Positions 40,025 to 49,253 of a stretch of DNA of 64,000 nucleotides are shown piece after piece (within the stretch, counting starts at the first letter, position 1; every line of letters starts with the position of its first letter). Source of the stretch: an archaeon (GTDB lineage: Archaea; Nanobdellota; Nanobdellia; Pacearchaeales; GW2011-AR1); the NCBI GenBank assembly GCA_043810865.1, contig JBDRNS010000005.1, forward strand, positions 2,821 to 66,820, read 5' to 3'. The translations under genes and the position numbers were made by a program. The notes under the pieces were generated by a model. It did not search any database and had not been told where the DNA came from. It was given only the letters and a program-made list of their open reading frames with translations.

Positions 40025-40288
40025 TGCGTTCGCTTCGCTCACGAATTGATAATTTAATTTTAATAGAGAAAGATTTTTGAGTTGAGAGATTGAAATTAAT
40101 TTTTTGTTTTTAACTTTTAATTTTGTTCCCACCCGCCCACCCCTAAAAATAGTTAATAAAAAAGATTTTTTAGCATAGGGTTAGAATCCCAATAATTTGA
40201 TTAACTATCCAGAAGTTCTTTTTGTTAACATTAAGCCAATAAGCGAGCACGAAGTGCGAGCGAAGAAAGGTGGGTGGAGCGAAAGAAA
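40025..40288. repeat. Mosaic intergenic repeat family, copy D (most complete copy)
   Basis: 'GCGTTCGCTTCGCTCACGAATTGATAATTTAATTTTAATAGAGAAAGATTTTT', 'GTTCCCACCCGCCCACCCC', 'AGTTAATAAAAAAGATTTTTTAGCATAGGGTTAGAATCC', terminal 'GCGAGCACGAAGTGCGAGCGAAG...GGTGGGTGGAGCG'. Confidence 0.65.
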
Positions 40289-40293
40289 TGTTT

Positions 40294-40542
40294 TTATTTC
40301 TTTTTCTTAATTTTCAGACATCTGCTTGTTATGATTATTATGAACAGAAAAGTAAATAGGAGATAATCGTTCCTAAAAAATAAACTCGCAATTGCGCCGA
40401 GCAAACTTGCGAGAATTATTAACTTGAAGTATTTTTGTCCTTGCGCAAGTTCTTCTCTTGTGAATTTTGCGAGCAGATTTCCGATGGGTATTCCGAGAAT
40501 AAGAATGAAAATTCCGATTAAAAACTGAGTTAGTTGTTGCAT
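40294..40542 (-). CDS. small membrane protein
   Basis: Two hydrophobic helices; 82 aa. Confidence 0.4.
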   Translation of the reverse strand: MQQLTQFLIGIFILILGIPIGNLLAKFTREELAQGQKYFKLIILASLLGAIASLFFRNDYLLFTFLFIIIITSRCLKIKKKK

Positions 40543-40610
40543 AAGATAAAATATGAAATCAGGTTTATAATATTTTTGAAATATATTTTGGAGTGAAGTA
40601 ATGGTTATAA

Positions 40611-41456
40611 ATGGAGAAATTATTTATTCTTATGATTAATGAAAGTGAAGAAGAGGTTGCTAAATCTGTTGTAACTGAATTATATAGGGAAGGTTTTATT
40701 CAAACTTTATATAATACTGAAAGTGAAAAACATCAGGGAGAGGGTTGGACTTTAAAGAGCGGAATTTGGAGTCCTTGGTTCTTGAATTTAAGACCCCTTG
40801 GAGATTCTCCTCAACTTGCAAATTATATTTCTTCTGCTATGAATAGGATGATTAGGGGAAATGTGCCGGGACTAACAAAGATGGTTGGAATTGAAATGGC
40901 GGGAGTTCCTTTGGTTGCGTCTATTGGTACTGTTACAGGTTATGGTTGTGAGTTTATTCCTTATGCTTATACAAGACCCTTTCCGGGAGGGGAAAAACCA
41001 AGAACTCCTGAGGAAGCTGTAGAAATTTTAAGTAGAATGGGGGCACCAAATTATAAATACGGACAAAAAGAATTAGTTGAAGGAAGTTTAAGGGAGGGAG
41101 ATGTTTTGTGTATAACAGATGATATGGTGACTAACTTTGGCAGCAAATTAATTGCAAGACACATTCTTGAACATGAAATTCAAAGAAGAGGAATATATTT
41201 AGAAAATGTAAAGATAGATGATGTTGCAGTTGTTTTAGACAGAGAACAAGGCGGAGCAGAAGAAGCTAAGAAATATGGAATGAGATTACACTCTTTAGTT
41301 AAATTTAAAACACAAGGTCTGGAGTATCTTGAAGAAGCGATGCATCCTGGAGAATTTGTTTTAATTGCAGATTATCAGCAAAATCCTGAAAGATATCAAA
41401 ATAGAGATATGCAGAAAGAAGTCCTGGAAATGGCTGCAAAAGTAAGAGGAAATTGA
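40611..41456 (+). CDS. pyrE: type I phosphoribosyltransferase, orotate-PRTase-like
   Basis: PRPP-binding 'VLCITDDMVTNFGS'; directly upstream of pyrF. Confidence 0.55.
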   Translation: MEKLFILMINESEEEVAKSVVTELYREGFIQTLYNTESEKHQGEGWTLKSGIWSPWFLNLRPLGDSPQLANYISSAMNRMIRGNVPGLTKMVGIEMAGVPLVASIGTVTGYGCEFIPYAYTRPFPGGEKPRTPEEAVEILSRMGAPNYKYGQKELVEGSLREGDVLCITDDMVTNFGSKLIARHILEHEIQRRGIYLENVKIDDVAVVLDREQGGAEEAKKYGMRLHSLVKFKTQGLEYLEEAMHPGEFVLIADYQQNPERYQNRDMQKEVLEMAAKVRGN

Positions 41457-41457
41457 A

Positions 41458-42246
41458 ATGATGCAAATAATTCCAATAAGTAAAAGCATAATACCTGCAT
41501 GTGATGTTCCAGATATAGATACTTATGAAAGAATTTTGAATGGCACAGCTGATAATCCTAGAGTGGGGGGGTATAAAATAGGATTCCAACTTGCACTAAA
41601 ATATGGGCTCCCATTAATTGCTTCTGAAACCAGGAATGTAACAGATAAGCCATTAATCTATGATCATCAAAAAGCAGGAACAGATATCCCTGATACAGGA
41701 AAAGGGTTTATGGATGTTGTTAAAAAATCTGGTTTTGATGCAGTGATATTATTCCCTCAATCAGGACCTGTAACTGAATATGAATGGATAAGGGCAGCGC
41801 AAGATGTTGGATTGGGAGTTATTGTTGGAGGGGAGATGACCCACCCAAGATTTTTAAGAACTGACTTACGTAATAGAGATTATACTCAAATTTTTGAAGA
41901 GCTTGGAATCGAAAGAGATTTATCTGGTTTTATGGGATTTACATCTCCTGACGATATATATGAGTTAGCGGCTAGAATGGGTGTAACTAATTTTGTTGTG
42001 CCTGGAAATAAACCAGATTCAATAAAACATTACAAGAGTTTAGTGGAAAGATTTGTTGAAAATCCAGTATTTTTTGCTCCGGGGCTTATTGAGCAAGGCG
42101 GAGAAATTACAGAGGCAGGAAAAGTTGCAGGTGAAAGATTCCATGCAATAGCTGGGAGAGGTATTTACTGGAACAAAAGAGAAAAGAGATATAATACTGC
42201 TGAAGAAGTTGAAGAAGTTGCTTTGGATTTAACAAGCAAACTTTAA
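41458..42246 (+). CDS. pyrF: orotidine-5'-phosphate decarboxylase (long type)
   Basis: 'YDHQKAGTDIPDTG' (DxKxxDIPnT motif). Confidence 0.65.
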   Translation: MMQIIPISKSIIPACDVPDIDTYERILNGTADNPRVGGYKIGFQLALKYGLPLIASETRNVTDKPLIYDHQKAGTDIPDTGKGFMDVVKKSGFDAVILFPQSGPVTEYEWIRAAQDVGLGVIVGGEMTHPRFLRTDLRNRDYTQIFEELGIERDLSGFMGFTSPDDIYELAARMGVTNFVVPGNKPDSIKHYKSLVERFVENPVFFAPGLIEQGGEITEAGKVAGERFHAIAGRGIYWNKREKRYNTAEEVEEVALDLTSKL

Positions 42247-42270
42247 AACATCTGCGATTTTCTTTTTTTA

Positions 42271-43098
42271 ATGTATCAAAAATATCTTGTTGTTGCGAGC
42301 AAACTTGACAAGGCAGGAATAAATATCACGACGCAGCTTTCGCAGTTTAGGGAAAATCCTGTTCTTTCAGGAATGAAAAAATCAGCTGGTTTTGATTTTT
42401 ATCTTGTTGATGAAGAAATTATTTACACAGAAAATCTTGATTTGGAGAAAATAAACAAGTATGATTTTGTGATTTTTGCTTCAAAGCATAAATCAAGAAA
42501 AGGAGAGAAGGCACTGACTGTTCACGCGCCGGGAAATTTTAGGAACAATGAACTTGGCGGAGAGAAGGGAAAAGTTTGCAGAAGTTCGGCTGTTTTTATG
42601 AAACAAATTTTTGAAAAATTGAAACAGAATGCGGATGAACATTCGCTGAAAGATTACAATGTTTTTATGGAAGCAACTCACCACGGGCCGCTGATTGATA
42701 AGCCGTGTGTTTTTATTGAAGTGGGAGGAACGGAAACAGAATGGAATGACAGGAGAGCATGTTTTGTCGTCGCTAAAACAATTTCAGACATAATCAATGA
42801 ATTCAGGGAAAATCCTTACAATGAAATCGCGATTGCAATTGGCGGAGGACATTATTGCCTGAATTTCAATAAAATTCAAATGAATTCGAATGTTGCGATT
42901 TCGCATGTAGTTCCAGATTATGTTTTTCCGTTGACAGAAGAAATGGTTAAGGAAGCGATTGCAAAAACCGAGGAAGAAGTTGATTTCTTTTTGCTTGACT
43001 GGAAAGGACTTGGAAATTCTGAGAAAAGAGAAGAAATAACTGATATTCTCAAGAAATTTTATTTGCAGTATAAGAAGACGAGCGAGGTTGGGAAGTGA
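42271..43098 (+). CDS. dtdA: archaeal-type D-aminoacyl-tRNA deacylase (DTD2)
   Basis: N-terminal 'VVASKLDKAGINI', 'EATHHGP', 'GGGHYCLNF'; 275 aa. Confidence 0.65.
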   Translation: MYQKYLVVASKLDKAGINITTQLSQFRENPVLSGMKKSAGFDFYLVDEEIIYTENLDLEKINKYDFVIFASKHKSRKGEKALTVHAPGNFRNNELGGEKGKVCRSSAVFMKQIFEKLKQNADEHSLKDYNVFMEATHHGPLIDKPCVFIEVGGTETEWNDRRACFVVAKTISDIINEFRENPYNEIAIAIGGGHYCLNFNKIQMNSNVAISHVVPDYVFPLTEEMVKEAIAKTEEEVDFFLLDWKGLGNSEKREEITDILKKFYLQYKKTSEVGK

Positions 43099-43521
43099 TT
43101 AATTTCTAATTGCTATTTCTTCATGACGGTTTTCTATAATATAGATTTTTCTTGTTCTTTGTTTACCATTTCTTGTTCCGTTACTTATCTCATCTGTTCT
43201 AAAATGCAAAGAACCAAATTTTGGACCACCATTGCTGTAATTGACAAATCCTAAACCAAAAAGAGACGGAATTAATTCTTTTCCATATTCAACAGAGCCA
43301 ACAAAATTTGCATCTCTTAGTGCTTGCGCCATTGGTTTTAAACTTTTGAAAGTAACTCTTTCTCTTTTTCCTAATATTAAGTCCCTAAATACTCTTGCAC
43401 CTTCCTGTTGTCTTTGTTCTGTGTCATAATGATTTCCTGCTATCATGCCTCTGGCTTTTCCTAATCTGTAACATCCTTCGAAATGTGGCAACACTGCTTC
43501 TTCAAGTACTTCATAATTCAT
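43099..43521 (-). CDS. hypothetical protein
   Basis: 140-aa ORF. Confidence 0.3.
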   Translation of the reverse strand: MNYEVLEEAVLPHFEGCYRLGKARGMIAGNHYDTEQRQQEGARVFRDLILGKRERVTFKSLKPMAQALRDANFVGSVEYGKELIPSLFGLGFVNYSNGGPKFGSLHFRTDEISNGTRNGKQRTRKIYIIENRHEEIAIRN

Positions 43522-43570
43522 CTCATCTCCAAAAAATAATCCTTTTTAAATTTTTATCTTTTGAAGAATA

Positions 43571-45205
43571 CTATTTTATTTTTCTCAAATGCTCAAAACC
43601 CTCTTTTGCGACCAGCAAACCAAGAACAAACATTCCTAAAGAAATAACTGCAAGAATGTAATTTCCTGAAGAGAAATATCCTTCTGTTCTAAAAGTAAGA
43701 TAAAGAAGTGCAGACATCGTGGTCACTAAAACCAAAAGTGCAGGGATTACAATAAACTTGACTTTTATTTTCTTTGACAAAAAATAAGATGAAACAGCAA
43801 TCATTGTTATGGATGCAATTAATTGATTTGAAGTTCCGAAAAGTCGCCATAGTGCTTCGTAGGAATTTGTAACTGCCAAAAGCCATGCAGGAATAAGAAT
43901 TAAAATTGTTATCAGAATTTTATTTTTTCTTAACTTTGGCATCAGGGTTTCTGAAATTATGAATCTGCTCAAACGTGCAGAGGTGTCTACTGATGTTAAA
44001 ATAAACTGATTTACCATAAAGGCGCCGAGAAGAGATGCAATAGTTATTGTCAGGAACGGAATTCCAATACTGCCGACGATGTTTCCGTAGCCGGATGAAA
44101 ATAAAATTATCCAGCCCTTTCCCAGTTCTGTCTGGAAAGTTCCCTCGCCTATTCCCCACTTTAGCCCTGCAACAGCGACGAGCGTAACGAAAACAGCGAG
44201 AGTTCCTTCACCAATCATACTTCCGTAACCGACTGCTTTCCCATGGGACTCTTTTGCAAGTTGCTTGCTTGTTGTTCCACTTGCAACCAAACCGTGAAAT
44301 CCTGAAATCGCGCCGCATGCAACTGTTATGAATAAAATCGGCCACAAAGGAAAGACAGAATTGGAGATATACTGCGGCGCATTTATCAACGGGCGAACGA
44401 GCAAAATTCCCAAAATTCCAAGGAACAAAATTATTGACATTTGGATTGCACTTAGATAATCGCGAGGGCGAAGAAGAATCCAGACAGGAATTACAGAAGC
44501 AATGCCGGCATATAACAGAATAATTGTGATTAAAATATTTTTCAGCAAGACGGGATTAATAAAAGACAAGTCAACAGGGTATTTTACACCAATCCAAACA
44601 GAGGTAAAAATCAGGATAAGTGCTGCAGCAGAAGAAATTTTATAATTCCATTTGTATTTTTCAACTCCTACACCAAGAATAACTGCAAGAAGCGTTATTG
44701 TTGCCAGAGGAATTATCAAGTCCGGTTTGTAAATAATGCTGTCTGCTGTCGAGACGCTGAATACAGTTATAATTAAGATTAATGTTACGAGAATCATCAC
44801 TGCAAACAAAGTTCCTGCTCTTGAATTCAAACTTCTTTTCGCAATTTTTGAAACGCTTTCCGCCTTGTTTCTTACAGATGCAATCAGGGAAGTGTAGTCA
44901 TGCATTGCTCCGATGAAAACGCTCCCGATTCCCACCCAAAGAACGACGGGAAGCCAGCCGAAATAACTTACAGCTAAAATCGGGCCTATAATCGGACCTG
45001 CGCCGGCGATTGATGCGAAATGATGTCCTATCAAAAACGGTTTTTCTGCAGGAGAAAAATCAATATTGTCTCTTTTTGTCACGGCAGGTGTTTTATTTTT
45101 GTCGCTAATTTTCAGCCGTTTCTCTATAAATTTTCCGTAAATTCTGTAGCCGAGAAAAAACCACAAACCAACAATTAAAACAATCCAGACGGAATTCATA
45201 CTCAC
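43571..45205 (-). CDS. cstA: carbon starvation protein A family transporter
   Basis: Polytopic membrane protein; 'IGHHFASIAGAGPIIGP' CstA signature. Confidence 0.75.
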   Translation of the reverse strand: MSMNSVWIVLIVGLWFFLGYRIYGKFIEKRLKISDKNKTPAVTKRDNIDFSPAEKPFLIGHHFASIAGAGPIIGPILAVSYFGWLPVVLWVGIGSVFIGAMHDYTSLIASVRNKAESVSKIAKRSLNSRAGTLFAVMILVTLILIITVFSVSTADSIIYKPDLIIPLATITLLAVILGVGVEKYKWNYKISSAAALILIFTSVWIGVKYPVDLSFINPVLLKNILITIILLYAGIASVIPVWILLRPRDYLSAIQMSIILFLGILGILLVRPLINAPQYISNSVFPLWPILFITVACGAISGFHGLVASGTTSKQLAKESHGKAVGYGSMIGEGTLAVFVTLVAVAGLKWGIGEGTFQTELGKGWIILFSSGYGNIVGSIGIPFLTITIASLLGAFMVNQFILTSVDTSARLSRFIISETLMPKLRKNKILITILILIPAWLLAVTNSYEALWRLFGTSNQLIASITMIAVSSYFLSKKIKVKFIVIPALLVLVTTMSALLYLTFRTEGYFSSGNYILAVISLGMFVLGLLVAKEGFEHLRKIK

Positions 45206-45238
45206 CTCTGAAAGAAAAAAGAAGAAGAGTTTATATTT

Positions 45239-46039
45239 TTAACTAAAATACCTCACACCATTTCTGAAGATTTGCATGCCTAGATATTCTGACGGAATTT
45301 CTTTTCCTTCTCTTGTAAGTTGTTCTTTTAATAGTGTCCAATGAGGATGTTGTGTGAAATTAATTGCTCTTTCCGGATGAGGCATCATTCCAAGCAATCT
45401 CCCTGATTCGTCGGAAAGTGCGGCGATATCGTCAAGAGAACCATTTGGATTTGCAGGCAAATCTTCTGCTTTGCAAATTTCTCCGCGAGCATATCTTGCG
45501 GCAATCAAATTTTTTTCATTAACCATTTTTAAAGTTTCAGGAGTCGCATATAATTTTCCTTCCCCATGTGCAATCGGGAAACTTGCTTTTTCCAATCCGC
45601 GAGTCCAGACACTGTGATTTCCAAATCTCAAATCAACCCATCTTGCATTATATCTTGGGAAATCATTATCAACAAGTGCAACTTGTCTTTCTCCATAATT
45701 TTTGTTTTGAGCAGGAAGCAATCCTAAGTTTACCATTACCTGAAAGCCATTGCAAATTCCAAGAACAAGCTTGTCTTCTTCAATAAATTTAAGAAGTTCT
45801 TCCCACAAATGATTTTTAATTCTGTTTGCCAAAGCATTACCTGCTGCTGTGTCATCGCCGTATGAAAAACCTCCGGGAAATGCCATTATTTGGTAATCAG
45901 ATAACTTTCTATGTCCGTCGATTAAATCGTTAATGTGAATTAATTCTCCTTCTGCTCCTGCCTGCTTAAATGCAAATTTTGTTTCTTCATCACAATTGAT
46001 TCCATATCCTGTTAAGACCAATGCTCTTGGTTTTGCCAT
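45239..46039 (-). CDS. purQ: phosphoribosylformylglycinamidine synthase I (glutaminase subunit)
   Basis: Class I GATase 'GICNGFQ', 'HGEG' region. Confidence 0.8.
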   Translation of the reverse strand: MAKPRALVLTGYGINCDEETKFAFKQAGAEGELIHINDLIDGHRKLSDYQIMAFPGGFSYGDDTAAGNALANRIKNHLWEELLKFIEEDKLVLGICNGFQVMVNLGLLPAQNKNYGERQVALVDNDFPRYNARWVDLRFGNHSVWTRGLEKASFPIAHGEGKLYATPETLKMVNEKNLIAARYARGEICKAEDLPANPNGSLDDIAALSDESGRLLGMMPHPERAINFTQHPHWTLLKEQLTREGKEIPSEYLGMQIFRNGVRYFS

Positions 46040-46040
46040 T

Positions 46041-49013
46041 TTAAAAATTTCTAAAAGTTGATTTATATGAATTTAACATGTGATTAAAGTTTGTGTCTAC
46101 AACTGTGTCTCCATTTTTTTCATTGACAATAAATCTGCAGTCCTTTCTTACAACACCGATTTTTGCAATGTAAGTTCCTTCCATTGCTTTTTCAAATTCA
46201 GAAACATATTCAGGATTTACTGTGACAACTAATCTTCCCTGGCTTTCTGAGAAGAGTGCGTAATCATTTCTGTTCTCTGAATTTTCCAATTCACTTAATG
46301 AAATTTCCATTCCTAATTTCCCCCCCATCGCTGTTTTTGCAAGAGCGATTCCTAATCCTCCTTTTTCAACACTTTGCGCAGAAGCGATTAATCCTCTGCT
46401 TAATGCCTGCGAGAATTTATTGTAAAGCATTCTGTTTTCTTCTGCGTTAACTACCGGAACATTATTTCCCACAAATCTTTCGCCTCTTATTTGTTCGCCC
46501 TGCATTGCAAAATATTCAGAGCCACCGAGTTCTCTTCTGTCTTTTCCTAAAACATAAACAATGTCTCCAGGCATTTTTGCATCAAGGGAAATTGCTTTTC
46601 TTACATCATCCATAACTGTAATTGAAGAAACAAGTAGCGTCGGTGGAATGGAAATTTTTACAGGATTTCCTTCTTCATCAAACCCCTTGAAATCATTGAA
46701 CATGCTGTCTTTTCCTGAAATAAAAGGAGTTTCAAATGCTACTGCAGTGTCATAGCATGCCTGAACAGCTCTTTTTAATTGCCATAATCTTTTTGCTTCA
46801 TCTGAACTGCACCAGCAGAAATTATCCAGCAAGGCAATGTTTTCTAATCTTGCACCGACGGAGACGGCATTTCTTACAGCAGTATCAATTGCGGCTGCCG
46901 CCATATTATATGTGTCAATATCTCCGTAACTTGGACATAATCCATGGGACAAAATAACTCCTTTGTTTGAATCAAGAACAGGGCGAACTATTGTTGCGTT
47001 TCCGTTTACTCTTCCTTTTCCCTGCAGTGGTTTCAGGACAGAGCCCCCCTGAACTTCGTGGTCATACTGTTGTGAAATAAATTCAGAGCTTGCAATATTT
47101 TCTCTTCCTAACATTGAGTGCAAAATTTCTGTCAGGTTTTTCGGCTGGGAAAATTCAGGTTCTTCATGAATTTGTTTTGTAAATGTTGTCTCCATAGGCC
47201 TTTGAGGCAGTCCATTGTGAAGAAAATCCATATCAAGATCCATTACTCTTTCACCTTCGTAATCAACAACACAATTTCCAGAGTCAGTAAATTCTCCAAT
47301 CACTGTTGCTTCAACCCCTCTCCTTTCCATTAAGTCCGAGAATTCATTCCATCTATTTTTTGGAACAGACAAAGTCATTCTTTCCTGTGATTCTGAAATC
47401 CAGGTTTCCCAAGGTTGTAATCCAGGATATTTGAGAGGAACTTTGCTTAAGTCAACATAACATCCTCCTGATTCTTTTGCCATTTCTGCAACAGAACATG
47501 ACAAACCTCCTGCACCATTATCTGTAATGCTGTTGTATAGTCCGAGATCTCTTGCTTCTTTTATAATCGCATCACTTAATTTTTTTTGAGTTATTGGGTC
47601 GCCGATTTGAACAGCTGTTGCAGGGCTTCCTGAGTCCATTGCTTCTGAAGAAAAAGTTGCTCCGTGTATTCCGTCTTTTCCGACTCTTCCTCCAACCATA
47701 ACCACGAGGTCTCCCGGCATTGCTCTTTTTTCGTATGAATTCCTTCCTGCGCTTTCTTTCGGCATTAAGCCCACTGTTCCGACGAAAACCAACGGCTTTC
47801 CCCTATATCTTTCATCAAAATAAGCAAAGCCCTGAGGGGTTGGGATTCCTGACTGATTTCCTCCCACATTAACACCCCTTACAACACCTTCAAGGATTCT
47901 TCTTGGGGAAAGCATTCTCTGGGTTTGATTTTCTCCTTTGTATAAAACTCTTTCATCATCGGGAAAACCAAAACAAAAACCATATACATTAATTACTGGT
48001 TTTGCCCCCAGTCCTGCACCGATTGCATCTCTGTTAACTCCGACGATTCCTGTAACAGAGCCGCCGAAAGGATCCAGAGCAGAAGGAGAGTTATGCGTTT
48101 CAACTTTGTGTGTGATATAATGTTCATTATCAAACTTAATTATCCCTGAGTTATCTGTAAAAACAGAAACACAGAAATCTTTTTCACCTTTTCTTCTTCT
48201 AATTTCTTCAGTGGCCCCTTTTATGAATGTGTTGAATAGTCCGTCGGTGAATTCGTCCATCGGGTTTGCAAAAATTGTGTGCTTACAATGCTCACTCCAT
48301 GTTTGCGCCAGAGCTTCCATTTCCAAATCTGTCGGGTTTCTTCCAAGCATTGCAAAATGATTTCTTATTGCATGTATAGAAGTTAAATCAAGAGCAAGAG
48401 GACCTCTTCGTGTTCCGTCGGGATTTGCAATTCCTTTTTTCCCGATTATTGCAAGTTCTTCGTCAGGTGCATGAAGAATGTCAACTAAATCAGCTCCTGG
48501 TTTTTCTAAAATCCTGACGCTTGGAACAATAACGTCCATTCCATCGTCGGCAGAGAACTCTGCATAACTTTTAACATGAATTCTTTGTATTAATGGATTT
48601 GCCAATGACCCTCCAACTCTTTTGGCATCTTCTTCTGTTAAATCGCCTGATAAAAAAGTTAATTGGGAAGTGTGAACAACTTGTCCGTCAAATTTTTTTC
48701 TTAATGCGTCACTAATTCCTTCTCTTGCAGTGTTTCCAACATTGTCTGTAACTCCCGGAAGAAGACCTGTTTCAACAGCGAAGCTGAATTCAGGTTTAAA
48801 CGAATTATCAACTCTTCCTTCCTGAAAAACAGGATTAGTTAACATACTTCTAACCTGTTCTAATTCTTTCCCTGTCAAATCATTTTCAACAGTGTAAACA
48901 TCAACTATTTTTACTCCTGTAATTCCAGAAAAACCAGCGGATTCAAGTTCTCTTTTTCTCGCGCTTGCTCTTGCATCAGATATTGTTCGCGCAACTCCTA
49001 TCCTGTGAGCCAT
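46041..49013 (-). CDS. purL: FGAM synthase II fused to an N-terminal PurS-like domain
   Basis: 990 aa; first about 80 aa PurS-like, then duplicated AIR-synthase-like PurL domains ('DNGAGGLS', 'GGSVTGIVG'). Confidence 0.8.
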   Translation of the reverse strand: MAHRIGVARTISDARASARKRELESAGFSGITGVKIVDVYTVENDLTGKELEQVRSMLTNPVFQEGRVDNSFKPEFSFAVETGLLPGVTDNVGNTAREGISDALRKKFDGQVVHTSQLTFLSGDLTEEDAKRVGGSLANPLIQRIHVKSYAEFSADDGMDVIVPSVRILEKPGADLVDILHAPDEELAIIGKKGIANPDGTRRGPLALDLTSIHAIRNHFAMLGRNPTDLEMEALAQTWSEHCKHTIFANPMDEFTDGLFNTFIKGATEEIRRRKGEKDFCVSVFTDNSGIIKFDNEHYITHKVETHNSPSALDPFGGSVTGIVGVNRDAIGAGLGAKPVINVYGFCFGFPDDERVLYKGENQTQRMLSPRRILEGVVRGVNVGGNQSGIPTPQGFAYFDERYRGKPLVFVGTVGLMPKESAGRNSYEKRAMPGDLVVMVGGRVGKDGIHGATFSSEAMDSGSPATAVQIGDPITQKKLSDAIIKEARDLGLYNSITDNGAGGLSCSVAEMAKESGGCYVDLSKVPLKYPGLQPWETWISESQERMTLSVPKNRWNEFSDLMERRGVEATVIGEFTDSGNCVVDYEGERVMDLDMDFLHNGLPQRPMETTFTKQIHEEPEFSQPKNLTEILHSMLGRENIASSEFISQQYDHEVQGGSVLKPLQGKGRVNGNATIVRPVLDSNKGVILSHGLCPSYGDIDTYNMAAAAIDTAVRNAVSVGARLENIALLDNFCWCSSDEAKRLWQLKRAVQACYDTAVAFETPFISGKDSMFNDFKGFDEEGNPVKISIPPTLLVSSITVMDDVRKAISLDAKMPGDIVYVLGKDRRELGGSEYFAMQGEQIRGERFVGNNVPVVNAEENRMLYNKFSQALSRGLIASAQSVEKGGLGIALAKTAMGGKLGMEISLSELENSENRNDYALFSESQGRLVVTVNPEYVSEFEKAMEGTYIAKIGVVRKDCRFIVNEKNGDTVVDTNFNHMLNSYKSTFRNF

Positions 49014-49056
49014 TTGCTAAAAATAATAATTTCTTTTTAAGAATTATTGTGATGAA

Positions 49057-49178
49057 CGCCCCGACCAGGAATCGAACCTGGATGTCCAAAAGGACCGCGA
49101 GTTCAGTGCAGTTCTTAGAAGGTGCGGAACCTCGGTTCTGCGTTCGAGTCGCGTGCAGTACCATTGTGCCATCGGGGC
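49057..49178 (-). tRNA. tRNA-Ser (anticodon CGA), type II, with about 41-nt intron (49102-49142)
   Basis: Acceptor GCCCCGA/TCGGGGC, anticodon stem CGCGA/TCGCG, loop CTCGAA|C, variable arm GTCC-TTTT-GGAC, T-arm CCAGG-TTCGATT-CCTGG, discriminator G; intron has central GCAG/CTGC helix (BHB-like). Confidence 0.6.
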
Positions 49179-49253
49179 TGAATATTTTAATAAAGGACAA
49201 TTTATAACTTTTATTACCAAAAAACTTATAAAAAACTTTACGATTGTTAATTT

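Noticed and set aside
48965-49207. 80-aa and 74-aa ORFs overlapping 49057-49178 on both strands
   Set aside because: They overlap the tRNA-Ser(CGA) gene and are translation artefacts.
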